From an uncultured virus (IMG/VR IMGVR_UViG_2061766007_000680) (Duplodnaviria; Heunggongvirae; Uroviricota; Caudoviricetes): a stretch of DNA of 64,000 bases. Position 1 is the stretch's first letter. Each line of letters begins with the position of its first letter. Both the position numbers and the translations under genes were made by a program. Below are positions 26,020 to 35,092 of this stretch, piece by piece. The stretch lies in the IMG/VR virus record IMGVR_UViG_2061766007_000680; one strand, given 5' to 3'. The notes under the pieces were generated by a model that saw only the letters and a list, made by a program, of their open reading frames with translations, made no database searches and had not been told where the DNA came from.

Positions 26020-26367
26020 CTATAGTTGAAGGAGAACAACTTAAATAAACCAAGTTGAAATTAGTTATTAAGTGGCAAATGGTAAGACTTTTATCCTAGA
26101 GTATGCATAAATCTTATGACTATCTTGCAAGATTTCAACCTTTTAAGGGTGTCGCGCCAATTGGAAGTATCAGTCCAATGATACTTAACAGAGACCCCTG
26201 CCAATAGTTGAAGGAAAACAACTTTAACAACCAAAAAATATTAAAAGTATTACTTAGGTTGGGGCGAGAAGCATTGAACGACTGATGCTCACACTGAACA
26301 ATGGTTTGACTCCAATACGCCTACATCTAAACGGTAATACACAATAAGTGTTATTTATTTTTTTTTT

Positions 26368-26458
26368 GGATACTTAAGCCTAATTGGTAAGGCAGTGGTC
26401 TTGAAAACCACCAGTACACGTTGATAGCGTGGTCTCCGTTCGAGTCGGGGAGTATCCG
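26368..26458 (+). tRNA. tRNA-Ser(UGA)
   Basis: GGATACT/AGTATCC, GTGGT-CT-TGA-AA-ACCAC, long variable arm. Confidence 0.92.
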
Positions 26459-26572
26459 CATAATTTATTAACAATCAGTTAGTTATATTTTCAACAAGAA
26501 CAGAAACAGGCTGAGGTATACGAGTTGATGAGTTATGACAAAGGCTAACAGAGACACATTGTTGAAATACAA

Positions 26573-26660
26573 GGTAACTTACCCAAGTTGGTGAAGGGGG
26601 CACATTGCTAACGTGCTAGGGCTGTAAAAGGTCGCGGGAGTTCGAGCCTCTCAGTTACCG
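26573..26660 (+). tRNA. tRNA-Ser(GCU)
   Basis: GGTAACT/AGTTACC, GCAC-ATTGCTAAC-GTGC with central GCT, long variable arm. Confidence 0.9.
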
Positions 26661-26866
26661 CAGACTAAAAAGAATGAGAGATTTTCAATTTCTATCCTCA
26701 TTTTCTTATCTGGATATATCATTCATGTTACAGGTAAGTTTTTGTAAATTGACGCGATGGTGTAGTTGCGATAGTCGGATTGATTTACACACAAAAGTTC
26801 ATCTTGAATGATGGGGTGAGATAGGTTTACTTCCCTGATGCGGATGCTCAGGTTCCGAATCTATAT

Positions 26867-26942
26867 GCCTCGGTACGCAAATGTTGGTAAAGCGGATAGA
26901 CTTAGGATCTGTTGTTTGTGGGTTCGACTCCCACCCTGGGTA
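26867..26942 (+). tRNA. tRNA-Leu(UAG) lacking a long variable arm
   Basis: ATAGA-CT-TAG-GA-TCTGT, T arm GTGGG-TTCGACT-CCCAC. Confidence 0.8.
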
Positions 26943-27259
26943 CTTAATATTCTCAAACCGTGTAGGTGCTAGAAAACACCACATGCAGAAATTAGCCAAC
27001 CGAGTCGACAGTTGGATAAATCTGGTTCGTCACTGAGAGTATTATCCTTTAGGGGTAGCGCCGCGCGGGTTCTCGATGCCCAACATCGGGAATGTCCTGT
27101 TGCCCCTGACAATAATTTAACTTTCATCAAGGGTTATGGGTGTTCGTTGAGTAGACTCATGTAAGTAATGTTTGAGGTAATACCTATTGATAGGCCTTGA
27201 AATAGGTGTTAAGTAACTGGACAGGTTGTCAGTGTGTAGATGATTGTTAAATTTAACTT

Positions 27260-27341
27260 ACCCTAATGCTGGAATTGGCAGACAGGTGTGCCCAAGAAGC
27301 ACATGTCGTAAGACGTGAGAGTTCAAATCTCTCTTAGGGTA
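27260..27341 (+). tRNA. tRNA-Leu(AAG) with C33
   Basis: ACCCTAA/TTAGGGT, TGTGC-CC-AAG-AA-GCACA, variable arm GTC-GTAA-GAC. Confidence 0.8.
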
Positions 27342-27722
27342 CGACACGGCGAAGTGGAGGATAACTGGTACGCAACTACCACCAAAGCGAAGGTACCGTC
27401 CAATATGACACAAACTTGTTGCAAGGTTTATGGTGAGGGTCGATAGAAGGGAATCTACCTCATATTTATATAGGTACTCAGGGCCTATTAAAAATAAACT
27501 TGGGTGACTCATCATACGAGATGGTGATGGGAACAGAGTATCTACAAATGGTAGAATACGCGTCGAGGCTTCGGACGCTGAGCCAGTTAATCAGTGTTCT
27601 ATTATTGTATTTGTTGTTATGAGCAATTGCTCTTCCCTTCCTGGTTTAAGTTGAAAGGAAGCCCAGGCATTCTACAAAAAACTTATCTTCCCGTGAGAGG
27701 ATTCGGGTTGACTCTCTTTTAT

Positions 27723-27795
27723 GGTGTGATTGGTATAGAGGTTATTATGTGGCACTGTGGATGCTGAGAGGGTGGTTCGATTCCACTATCGCACC
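27723..27795 (+). tRNA. tRNA-His(GUG)
   Basis: G-1, GTGTGAT/ATCGCAC, C73, TGGCA-CT-GTG-GA-TGCTG. Confidence 0.9.
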
Positions 27796-27826
27796 CAAAA
27801 TTTTCTTTAGTCATTACATCAAACTT

Positions 27827-27899
27827 GCCTCCATAGATCAACTGAATAGATCGTAGCACTACGGATGCTGAGATGAGGGTTTGAGTCCTTCTGGGGGTA
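27827..27899 (+). tRNA. tRNA-Arg(ACG)
   Basis: GCCTCCA/TGGGGGT, TAGCA-CT-ACG-GA-TGCTG. Confidence 0.85.
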
Positions 27900-27916
27900 C
27901 TAAAATTAACAGAACT

Positions 27917-28153
27917 ATGGAATTAAAAGATATTATTAAAGGTACAGCAGAATTAAATTGTGTTATTGCTGGTGGAATTACTGAATATATTATAACAGAC
28001 ATAAACGGGCATAGATAACGATTACAAATTGATGTATCGAATAAACATGATGTTGGCGAAAGTGCTGTATTCCTTAAGGTAGAAAAAGCCATAACATTAA
28101 TGAGATGGATTCGTAAGGCAATTGAAAATAACGAATTATTACAAATAGGATAG
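27917..28153 (+). pseudogene. hypothetical gene with one in-frame TAA at codon 34
   Basis: MELKDIIKG...NGHR*RLQIDVS...KAITLMRWIRKAIENNELLQIG; TAA at 28016-28018. Confidence 0.6.
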
Positions 28154-28154
28154 T

Positions 28155-28379
28155 ATGACAATAAATGAAGCAAGATTAAATTGTAAAGATGGGTGGGTTC
28201 TTAATCCAAATGAGAAGGTAGTTAACGCTATCATAAACAGAATTAATAAGTGTAATGGTAATTGCCCATGCATGAATGATAGTGAAGACAAACATTGTCC
28301 TTGTTCAAATTACAGGTTGAAAGATCACTGTTGTTGTGGGTTATTTCAAAAGACAATTGAGTATTTAGATGTTGATTAA
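28155..28379 (+). CDS. ferredoxin-thioredoxin reductase catalytic subunit-like protein
   Basis: LNPNEKVV...CPC...CPC...CCCGLF cysteine pattern. Confidence 0.8.
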   Translation: MTINEARLNCKDGWVLNPNEKVVNAIINRINKCNGNCPCMNDSEDKHCPCSNYRLKDHCCCGLFQKTIEYLDVD

Positions 28380-28384
28380 TATTT

Positions 28385-28456
28385 GCTGCTGTCGTATAAC
28401 GGTTAGTACGCAAGATTCTCAATCTTGTAATCCGAGTTCGATTCTCGGTGGCAGTA
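28385..28456 (+). tRNA. tRNA-Glu(CUC)
   Basis: GCTGCTG/TGGCAGT, CAAGA-TT-CTC-AA-TCTTG. Confidence 0.88.
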
Positions 28457-28532
28457 CAAAAAATGATACTGTACAGTTATTGTGCAGTATTTTTTTTTGA
28501 TCATTTTGATAAAAAATTTGTATATTTGTAAT

Positions 28533-29042
28533 ATGACAGTACCTTGGTATTACATATTCTTTTTAATACTGGTAATCATATTATCTGGAGTTATTATGTC
28601 TAAGCAGTATGATTATAAGCCGAAGAACAAAAACGTTGAATTATTAGTAGACCTATTTTTGTATTTCGTATTCGGCATATCAACAAGTTTTTTATTATTC
28701 AATGGGGAGGTTAAGTGGTGGTCGTTATTACTATCGCTTGTTATTGGCGTTATAATTTCATTTATATTAGCGGTAGTGCTTAATAGAGAGACTAGATTAT
28801 ATGATGATACTACAGAATATAAACAAGAGGATTTGATTGGTAAAGTTGGAATAATAAAGGAAGTATATAGTGGGAGTTTTAGCCACGGTTTTGATTGTTT
28901 AGGGGAATTACAAGATCAATTTAGTAGTAATATACGATTGCTTGTTATGACAGATATGATTAATGAAGGTGATATATTTGAGATTACAGATATTAAAGAT
29001 GATAAAATATTAGCAAAAATAATAAAAGGAAAATATGAATAA
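28533..29042 (+). CDS. NfeD-like membrane protein
   Basis: Three TM helices then DLIGKVG OB-fold-like C-terminus; likely start MTVPW after a TATATTTG promoter. Confidence 0.6.
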   Translation: MTVPWYYIFFLILVIILSGVIMSKQYDYKPKNKNVELLVDLFLYFVFGISTSFLLFNGEVKWWSLLLSLVIGVIISFILAVVLNRETRLYDDTTEYKQEDLIGKVGIIKEVYSGSFSHGFDCLGELQDQFSSNIRLLVMTDMINEGDIFEITDIKDDKILAKIIKGKYE

Positions 29043-29424
29043 CGACGAAAGAAAAGGCCTTCAGACGCTAGATGAGGTATTAGATTCAATGACACCCCTT
29101 ACTCCAGAACTAGAAGAAAATTTAGAACAGGAGTTAATGATGTCTGGCAGAGAAACGATTATAAACGGTTGTAGGTTCGTTTGTACATGTAGTATGTGCC
29201 CTGAGCAATATGATGTGTTTTTCAATGACCAATATGTTGCTTATATCAGAAAACGTCATGGTTATTTAGCGGCGCACCCTGTTATTGATCACGAAATCCA
29301 ATGGGATGAAGAATTTTATAGCGAGGATAGTGGAGACCCATATGACGGAGTAATCGAGAATCGAGAAGATACACTTAAAAAGATAGCAAGAGAAATAAAG
29401 AAACATATTTTATTACCTAAGTGA
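29035..29424 (+). CDS. hypothetical protein
   Basis: 129 aa, TCSMCPEQYDV motif. Confidence 0.65.
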   Translation: MNNDERKGLQTLDEVLDSMTPLTPELEENLEQELMMSGRETIINGCRFVCTCSMCPEQYDVFFNDQYVAYIRKRHGYLAAHPVIDHEIQWDEEFYSEDSGDPYDGVIENREDTLKKIAREIKKHILLPK

Positions 29425-29425
29425 T

Positions 29426-30028
29426 ATGTATATAGCAATTGCAGGAAATATTGGTGCAGGTAAGACAACATTAACAAATATGTTGGCAAAACACTATGGA
29501 TGGGTTCCAAAATTCGAGTCAGTAGAGAATAATCCATATCTTGATGATTTCTATAATGATATGGAAAGATGGGCATATAACCTACAGATTTATTTTTTTA
29601 ACCAAAGGGTTAAAGACATTTATAGTATAGTGAAATCTGGTGAGGATGTAATACAGGACAGGTGTGTATATGAAGATAGGTATATATTTGCCCCGACTTT
29701 ATATGAACAAGGAAAATTGTCTGACAGGGACTGGGATACCTATACCGATATATTTGATTTCATGATTCAATTTGTCAAGAAACCAGATTTATTGATTTAT
29801 ATACAATCATCCATTGGTAATCTCGTGAACCAAATTGAAAAAAGAAACAGAGGGTGTGAATCAGCAATGTCTATTGATTATCTATCTAGTTTGAATAAAA
29901 AGTATGACGACTGGATTAGTAAATATGACGGTAATTTGTTAATCATCAACGGAGACGAGTGTAAATTTGGTGATAGAGAAGAGGATTTTGAACAAGTTAT
30001 AAAAGAGATTAATAATAAGTTAAAATAA
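29426..30028 (+). CDS. deoxynucleoside kinase
   Basis: IAIAGNIGAGKTT, ERWAYNLQIYF, QDRCVYED, KPDLLIY, RNR. Confidence 0.92.
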   Translation: MYIAIAGNIGAGKTTLTNMLAKHYGWVPKFESVENNPYLDDFYNDMERWAYNLQIYFFNQRVKDIYSIVKSGEDVIQDRCVYEDRYIFAPTLYEQGKLSDRDWDTYTDIFDFMIQFVKKPDLLIYIQSSIGNLVNQIEKRNRGCESAMSIDYLSSLNKKYDDWISKYDGNLLIINGDECKFGDREEDFEQVIKEINNKLK

Positions 30029-30045
30029 AAAAGTATATTTGTTTT

Positions 30046-30447
30046 ATGGAAGATTCAGTTTACGGTGGAGCAACACCAGAGAACACAGATGTAGTGAGAG
30101 ACGGAGAAAAACACACACCTTATTTTGATATGTTAGATGAAGAAAAGTTAGAGGCAAATCCTACATGTAAAGGTAATAGTGCCTATGAAATGGTTAATCA
30201 TCCTACACATTACAATAACTATCCTATTGAGGTTATTGATATGATGGTTGGAATTTGGGGAAAAGAGAATGTTGCATTGTGGTGTGATATTACGGCATTT
30301 AAATATAGAATGAGAATGGGTACAAAACCAGAAAATTCTATAGAACAAGATTTAGAGAAAGAGGCTTGGTATTTGAATAAAGCAAAAGAATTAAGACAAG
30401 GTTTTACCACTGATGGAGTCGGTGGGAAACTATTCAAAAAAGCATAA
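30046..30447 (+). CDS. DUF3310 domain protein
   Basis: VNHPTHY...IEVID...KYRMR.G.K...QDLEKEAWYL. Confidence 0.85.
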   Translation: MEDSVYGGATPENTDVVRDGEKHTPYFDMLDEEKLEANPTCKGNSAYEMVNHPTHYNNYPIEVIDMMVGIWGKENVALWCDITAFKYRMRMGTKPENSIEQDLEKEAWYLNKAKELRQGFTTDGVGGKLFKKA

Positions 30448-30450
30448 ATA

Positions 30451-30912
30451 ATGAGAGACGAACCAAATATAATGAGCGTACAGACGAGTACGGTAGATCC
30501 TGAAGAAATTGATTATAAAGACCTATATTTGAGGACTCTTGCTGATTTTCAGAACTACAAAAGGAGAACTGGAGAAGAATTTGATAGGCTCAAAAAAGAG
30601 GCTACCTTCGATTTTATTAAGGACTTTTTAAGTATTGTTGATGATTTTGAAATGTCTGTTTTAATGTCTGAATTATATGAAAAGGATAATGGCATTAAAA
30701 TAATTTATAAAGAAATTTGTCAACTGCTTGGTAAGTATGGTATAAAAGAATATGGGAAAATTGGAGATAAATTTGATCCAGAACTACATGAGGCCCTTTA
30801 TAGAACGATAAATAAAAAAGTAGAAAGCGGTTGTATTTCAGAGATAGTAAAAACAGGATATAGGACTGATGATAAAATCATTAGGTATGCAAAAGTAAAC
30901 GTGGAGGAGTAA
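30451..30912 (+). CDS. grpE: nucleotide exchange factor GrpE
   Basis: YLRTLADFQNYKRR, GDKFDPELHEA, GYRTDDKIIRYAKV. Confidence 0.92.
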   Translation: MRDEPNIMSVQTSTVDPEEIDYKDLYLRTLADFQNYKRRTGEEFDRLKKEATFDFIKDFLSIVDDFEMSVLMSELYEKDNGIKIIYKEICQLLGKYGIKEYGKIGDKFDPELHEALYRTINKKVESGCISEIVKTGYRTDDKIIRYAKVNVEE

Positions 30913-30913
30913 T

Positions 30914-31210
30914 ATGTTAAAGGTAATATTAATAATTTTAATTTTAATTGGGTTCATAACCATTCTATTATTATATAGAACACATAAAAAAAACGAATTC
31001 AATTCAATTAAATCTGGTGATGAAATTTTTATAAAAAAGGATACATTCTTCGCTGGTGACTGTTTTACTACACTTGATCATGATGAAGTGAAATCAGTAG
31101 AGTATTATTTTGATACGGACGAGGTAAAATACATATACACTAAAAATGGTTGTAAATTTAAATTTCTTGACTACATAAGAGATAATTTTATAGTATCTAA
31201 ATTTCACTAA
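30914..31210 (+). CDS. hypothetical membrane-anchored protein
   Basis: N-terminal hydrophobic helix. Confidence 0.6.
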   Translation: MLKVILIILILIGFITILLLYRTHKKNEFNSIKSGDEIFIKKDTFFAGDCFTTLDHDEVKSVEYYFDTDEVKYIYTKNGCKFKFLDYIRDNFIVSKFH

Positions 31211-31444
31211 ATATATTAAAAAAAAAATAAAAGAGTGGTATATCAAACACAAATTGCTTGTTAATATAATTATTGGTGCTTGTATTACTGGTATATGATT
31301 GTATATAAAACTTGCATTGATGCATGAGGTTAATAATTACGAACAAAATTGCGTGGAAATCAACTATTTTAGTGGTTTTTAACTGACAAATACCGTTTAT
31401 TGCTTGGTATGAATTAAATAAAATTTATATATTTGTAACGAATT

Positions 31445-31660
31445 ATGGAATTAATAGAGAACAATTGGGGTAGAGTTCGCTGTCCACACTGCGACTCAGT
31501 TATGAAACCAGATAAAGAGGACATTAAAGAGTCACTTGATGATGGACATTATATGGTTTGCCCAATATGTGATAGTAAAATTTGGTTCAACGATGAACAC
31601 AATCCACACCCAGTAATTAGTAAAATATTAATTGGTCCTTGGGCGTGTTGTCATAAATGA
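31445..31660 (+). CDS. small zinc-ribbon protein
   Basis: CPHC and CPIC pairs. Confidence 0.65.
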   Translation: MELIENNWGRVRCPHCDSVMKPDKEDIKESLDDGHYMVCPICDSKIWFNDEHNPHPVISKILIGPWACCHK

Positions 31661-31695
31661 TCAAAAATAATAACACATAAATAAAATTTGAAATT

Positions 31696-32022
31696 ATGGT
31701 AAGTATTACATCAAAAAAAGAACTGCATGAGATTATCGAGAATAACGATAAGGAAACTCTCGCTGTGGTGAAGTTTTCGGCACAGTGGTGTGGACCATGT
31801 AGACAAATGGAAAAGATAATTGAGAACATTGAAAATGAAGGAACAAATGTAAAATTTTACAATGTAGACGTTGATGAACTTCCTGAATTAGCAGAAGAGC
31901 ATGAAATAATGAGCATTCCAGTTCTTTTGTTTTATAAAGGTTCCTTACAAGTCGACAGAACATTGGGCGGACTTCCAGAATCTATGCTACGAGCAAAAAT
32001 TGAAGAAAATAACAACAAATAA
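31696..32022 (+). CDS. trxA: thioredoxin
   Basis: WCGPC active site, VDVDE, IMSIP. Confidence 0.95.
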   Translation: MVSITSKKELHEIIENNDKETLAVVKFSAQWCGPCRQMEKIIENIENEGTNVKFYNVDVDELPELAEEHEIMSIPVLLFYKGSLQVDRTLGGLPESMLRAKIEENNNK

Positions 32023-32027
32023 TACAT

Positions 32028-33344
32028 TTGAAAATGGTAGTAAAAAATAAACAATATTACGATTTTTTGGAAGAAGCATTAAAACGTAATGCAAACGGTG
32101 AGTCTTGGACTCAAATAGCAATATCATATGTTAAGACATTTGGTGAGTATATCACCAGAAGTGCAATGAGACATCGAGCACAAGACTATGGTCGTTCTAA
32201 AACTAAAATTCAAACTAAGTTATCTAATCCTACTATCACAACAACTTACGGCCAAAATACATTTGTGCAATATAATGCTGATGGTACAGTTGAGGAAAGT
32301 AGATATGTAGATTGCCCAGAAGAGGTAACACGTGACCCGCATAGATTGCTAGAAGTGTTGGGTTATGATCCTTCTAAATGGGAGTTGATTACTTATCGTG
32401 TTTCAAACTGGGATAGTGGTGACAAAAAGTTAAAGGCTATACAATATAAGGTTAGACCTCGTACAGACATTTCTACCAGCGACATGTTAAAAGCCGTTAA
32501 AGAAGCATTTAAAGAGGAAATAACACCATTTTTATTTACTCAGCCAAAATATATTGAAGGACTTAATGATAATAAGTTAATGGAGATTGCCCCAATAGAG
32601 TTGCACATTGGTAAAATGTCTAATAAGGTTGAGACTGGAGAGAACTATGACTTGAAGATTGCACAAAAACGTTTCTATGATATTTTCGAGGACATTTATC
32701 GTAAACAAGAAATTGAGAAGTGTGGCCATTGTGTTGTTATAATTGGTAGTGATTTCTTTAACTCTGAGAGCGATAACTGTACAAGTAAGGATAAAATTCC
32801 ACAAGAAAACGATAGTAGGTATATTAAATTATTCCGAGAAGGAATAAAGATGTACATAAGGGCATTGTTAACACTTCGTGGGTTGTTTAACAAAGTTGAT
32901 GTTATGTTGTGTGCAGGAAATCACGCACGTGCAATGGAGACGTTCTTATACATGGCACTTGAACAACGTTTTGTTGACGATAATGTTATAAACTTTATTG
33001 AGAACTACCGTTTAACTCAGGTATACACTTTTGGTAAGTGTGCTATTTTCTATAATCATGGAGACGCAAATTTGAAACAAACAATCAAATCCATCCCAGC
33101 AGAGTTTGCAGAGGTTTGGGGAACACACCCGTACAGAGAGTTACACCTTGGCCACCTACACAAAGAAATTACGGTGGATGACGATGGCGGTATGATTACC
33201 CGTAGAATTGGAAGTCCTTGCGCAACAGATGCTTGGCACTATGGAAACAGATTCGTCGGAGCCATTAAGAAACACCAAATTTTTATTTGGGATAAAAATA
33301 GTGGCCTTAGAGACTTGCATTACATAACAGTAAAAGAAGATTAA
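32028..33344 (+). CDS. metallophosphoesterase-fold protein
   Basis: ELHIGK, GSDFFN, GNH, NHGD, GHLH. Confidence 0.8.
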   Translation: MKMVVKNKQYYDFLEEALKRNANGESWTQIAISYVKTFGEYITRSAMRHRAQDYGRSKTKIQTKLSNPTITTTYGQNTFVQYNADGTVEESRYVDCPEEVTRDPHRLLEVLGYDPSKWELITYRVSNWDSGDKKLKAIQYKVRPRTDISTSDMLKAVKEAFKEEITPFLFTQPKYIEGLNDNKLMEIAPIELHIGKMSNKVETGENYDLKIAQKRFYDIFEDIYRKQEIEKCGHCVVIIGSDFFNSESDNCTSKDKIPQENDSRYIKLFREGIKMYIRALLTLRGLFNKVDVMLCAGNHARAMETFLYMALEQRFVDDNVINFIENYRLTQVYTFGKCAIFYNHGDANLKQTIKSIPAEFAEVWGTHPYRELHLGHLHKEITVDDDGGMITRRIGSPCATDAWHYGNRFVGAIKKHQIFIWDKNSGLRDLHYITVKED

Positions 33345-33348
33345 TATC

Positions 33349-33780
33349 ATGAGAAAAAGCGGAATGGAGAGAGTAGGGATTAGCGAGTTTATCTCGCTAT
33401 TTCCCGATATACAGTTACTATTTGATTACTTTAAGGACAAAATTCTTGTAGAGAAGGAAGTTTATAATGGCAAAGACTACTATTGGCTAACTATTGAGAC
33501 AAGATGGGAGCGCGAGTATGTAATCAGAGTTAATGTCTGCGACGACGGCAGTGTTTATTTTGGTTCTTGGTCAGAAAGTCGTTTGGTACTACCATTTGAA
33601 ACTTGGCATAGGGGAAATGATTTTCCTGATGGTAAATTAAATGAGCATACAATTCAACGTTTCTTGCGTGCGGTTGTTGATGACATATTTGTAAACGTCC
33701 CTACTGAAAAAGAGAAGAAAAGTAATACAACTCAAGAGACAATTTATTTGGACGACGTTAAAATTCAACTAGACAAATAA
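33349..33780 (+). CDS. hypothetical protein
   Basis: 143 aa ORF within the operon. Confidence 0.65.
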   Translation: MRKSGMERVGISEFISLFPDIQLLFDYFKDKILVEKEVYNGKDYYWLTIETRWEREYVIRVNVCDDGSVYFGSWSESRLVLPFETWHRGNDFPDGKLNEHTIQRFLRAVVDDIFVNVPTEKEKKSNTTQETIYLDDVKIQLDK

Positions 33781-34157
33781 TGAATAACCACGTAAAAATA
33801 GTAAAAATAGGTGAATATGATGGTTATGAATATTTCATAACAGAGGTTTGTGACGCATGGTATTGTGCGTATATTATACTACCAGAAGGCCATAAGTATT
33901 ATGGTGTGGAAGATTATGACTCCATACCTCTTGAAGTGCATGGAGGCCTAACTTTTGCAGGCAAGCACCGACTCGTAGAAGGAAAATGGTGTATAGGTTG
34001 GGACTATGGCCATTATGGTGACTGGTCCCCACTTACGCCAGATCACTTGCAAGTTGATTTTTTGGGTGTTCCGTTTCAAAAATGGACACCAGGTGATATA
34101 GAAATGGAGTGCCAGTATGTTATTGATCAATTAAATGATTTTAAATGTGAGAGTTAA
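33780..34157 (+). CDS. hypothetical phage protein
   Basis: WYCAYI...VHGGLTF...WCIGWDYGH motif. Confidence 0.7.
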   Translation: MNNHVKIVKIGEYDGYEYFITEVCDAWYCAYIILPEGHKYYGVEDYDSIPLEVHGGLTFAGKHRLVEGKWCIGWDYGHYGDWSPLTPDHLQVDFLGVPFQKWTPGDIEMECQYVIDQLNDFKCES

Positions 34158-34311
34158 TGACAATTATATAGTTCCGCCAGAGCCTTCAGAGGTGGTAATT
34201 CGTAGTATTGAAAAACACAAATCATTCATTGAGAAAATAGAAAAAGAGATGTGCAATATACTTGGCATGAAAAAATCGGATTTTGAGAAACATTTTAAAC
34301 GAAGATAAAAT

Positions 34312-34698
34312 ATGACATATTTCATATCTGGACATAGAGATATAACACAAGAAGAGTTTGATAGGTTATATAAGCCTATTATTTTAAATATAATAGATAA
34401 CGATAACACTTGCAATTTTGTTGTCGGGGACTATCATGGTGCTGACACTATGGCACAACAATTATTATCAGATCTATGTTATAAAATTAGCCCGAAACAA
34501 GTTACTGTTTATCACATGTTTGAAAAACCAAGGAATTTTGTTAATGATAAATTTAACATTAAGAGTGGATATACTAGTGATGAGGAAAGAGATGCGGCTA
34601 TGACGAATGAAAGTGATGAAGATATTGCTTTTGTTAGATATGGTAAATATAAATCTGGTACGGCCCAGAATATTGTTAGACGTCATTCATTTAAATAA
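34312..34698 (+). CDS. SLOG/YspA-like protein
   Basis: FISGHR, VGDYHGAD, RDAAMT, SGTAQN. Confidence 0.6.
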   Translation: MTYFISGHRDITQEEFDRLYKPIILNIIDNDNTCNFVVGDYHGADTMAQQLLSDLCYKISPKQVTVYHMFEKPRNFVNDKFNIKSGYTSDEERDAAMTNESDEDIAFVRYGKYKSGTAQNIVRRHSFK

Positions 34699-34699
34699 T

Positions 34700-34957
34700 A
34701 TGGGGCAAATCAAAAAGATATTAGATGGTGAAACAGAAAATCAAATCGAAGATAACAAAATCGCCTACGAGTTGCAAAAGCGTCTCGTACAATGTTGTTT
34801 GGATTTCATAAACGAGACAGGCAACAAAGAAATTTGGCGTGTAAGTTTTACCGCAGACTGTTTGCAAGAATCAGCTAAACATGGAGAATGGTGCCCATGC
34901 ACAGACTCAACTTGTGAATTAGAAGGTACAGAGGGAACAATATCATTTAGTGCATAA
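34700..34957 (+). CDS. hypothetical protein
   Basis: Likely start MGQIKK at 34700. Confidence 0.55.
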   Translation: MGQIKKILDGETENQIEDNKIAYELQKRLVQCCLDFINETGNKEIWRVSFTADCLQESAKHGEWCPCTDSTCELEGTEGTISFSA

Positions 34958-35092
34958 AATAATAGGGAATTATATAGGAGTTAGCACCTGAGGGTGTTTT
35001 CTTCATTTACTATGTTACCGTTTCACAGGATTCGTAACCTCATTCCTCCACGGTCTCTTATCACCCGCTTCCCTACGGGCTAAATTATATCT

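Larger units (their letters stand above)
18390..26232 (+). repeat. dispersed hairpin repeat (A)GTTG-AAGGAAAA-CAAC(T)-A-rich-AACC, about 10 copies
   Basis: Copies at about 18391, 18494, 18667, 18884, 20043, 20243, 20495, 20608, 20740, 26025, 26207. Confidence 0.85.

Noticed and set aside
18390..26232. GTTGAAGGAAAACAAC repeats as a CRISPR array
   Set aside because: Repeats are short, degenerate and irregularly spaced (about 100 bp to over 5 kb), and no cas genes are visible
16414..28173. Short six-frame ORFs overlapping tRNAs and structured RNA (e.g. 18759-19145, 19221-19406, 20192-20449, 24679-24867, 27258-27515)
   Set aside because: They overlap clear RNA genes or lie antisense to them, and lack recognisable motifs
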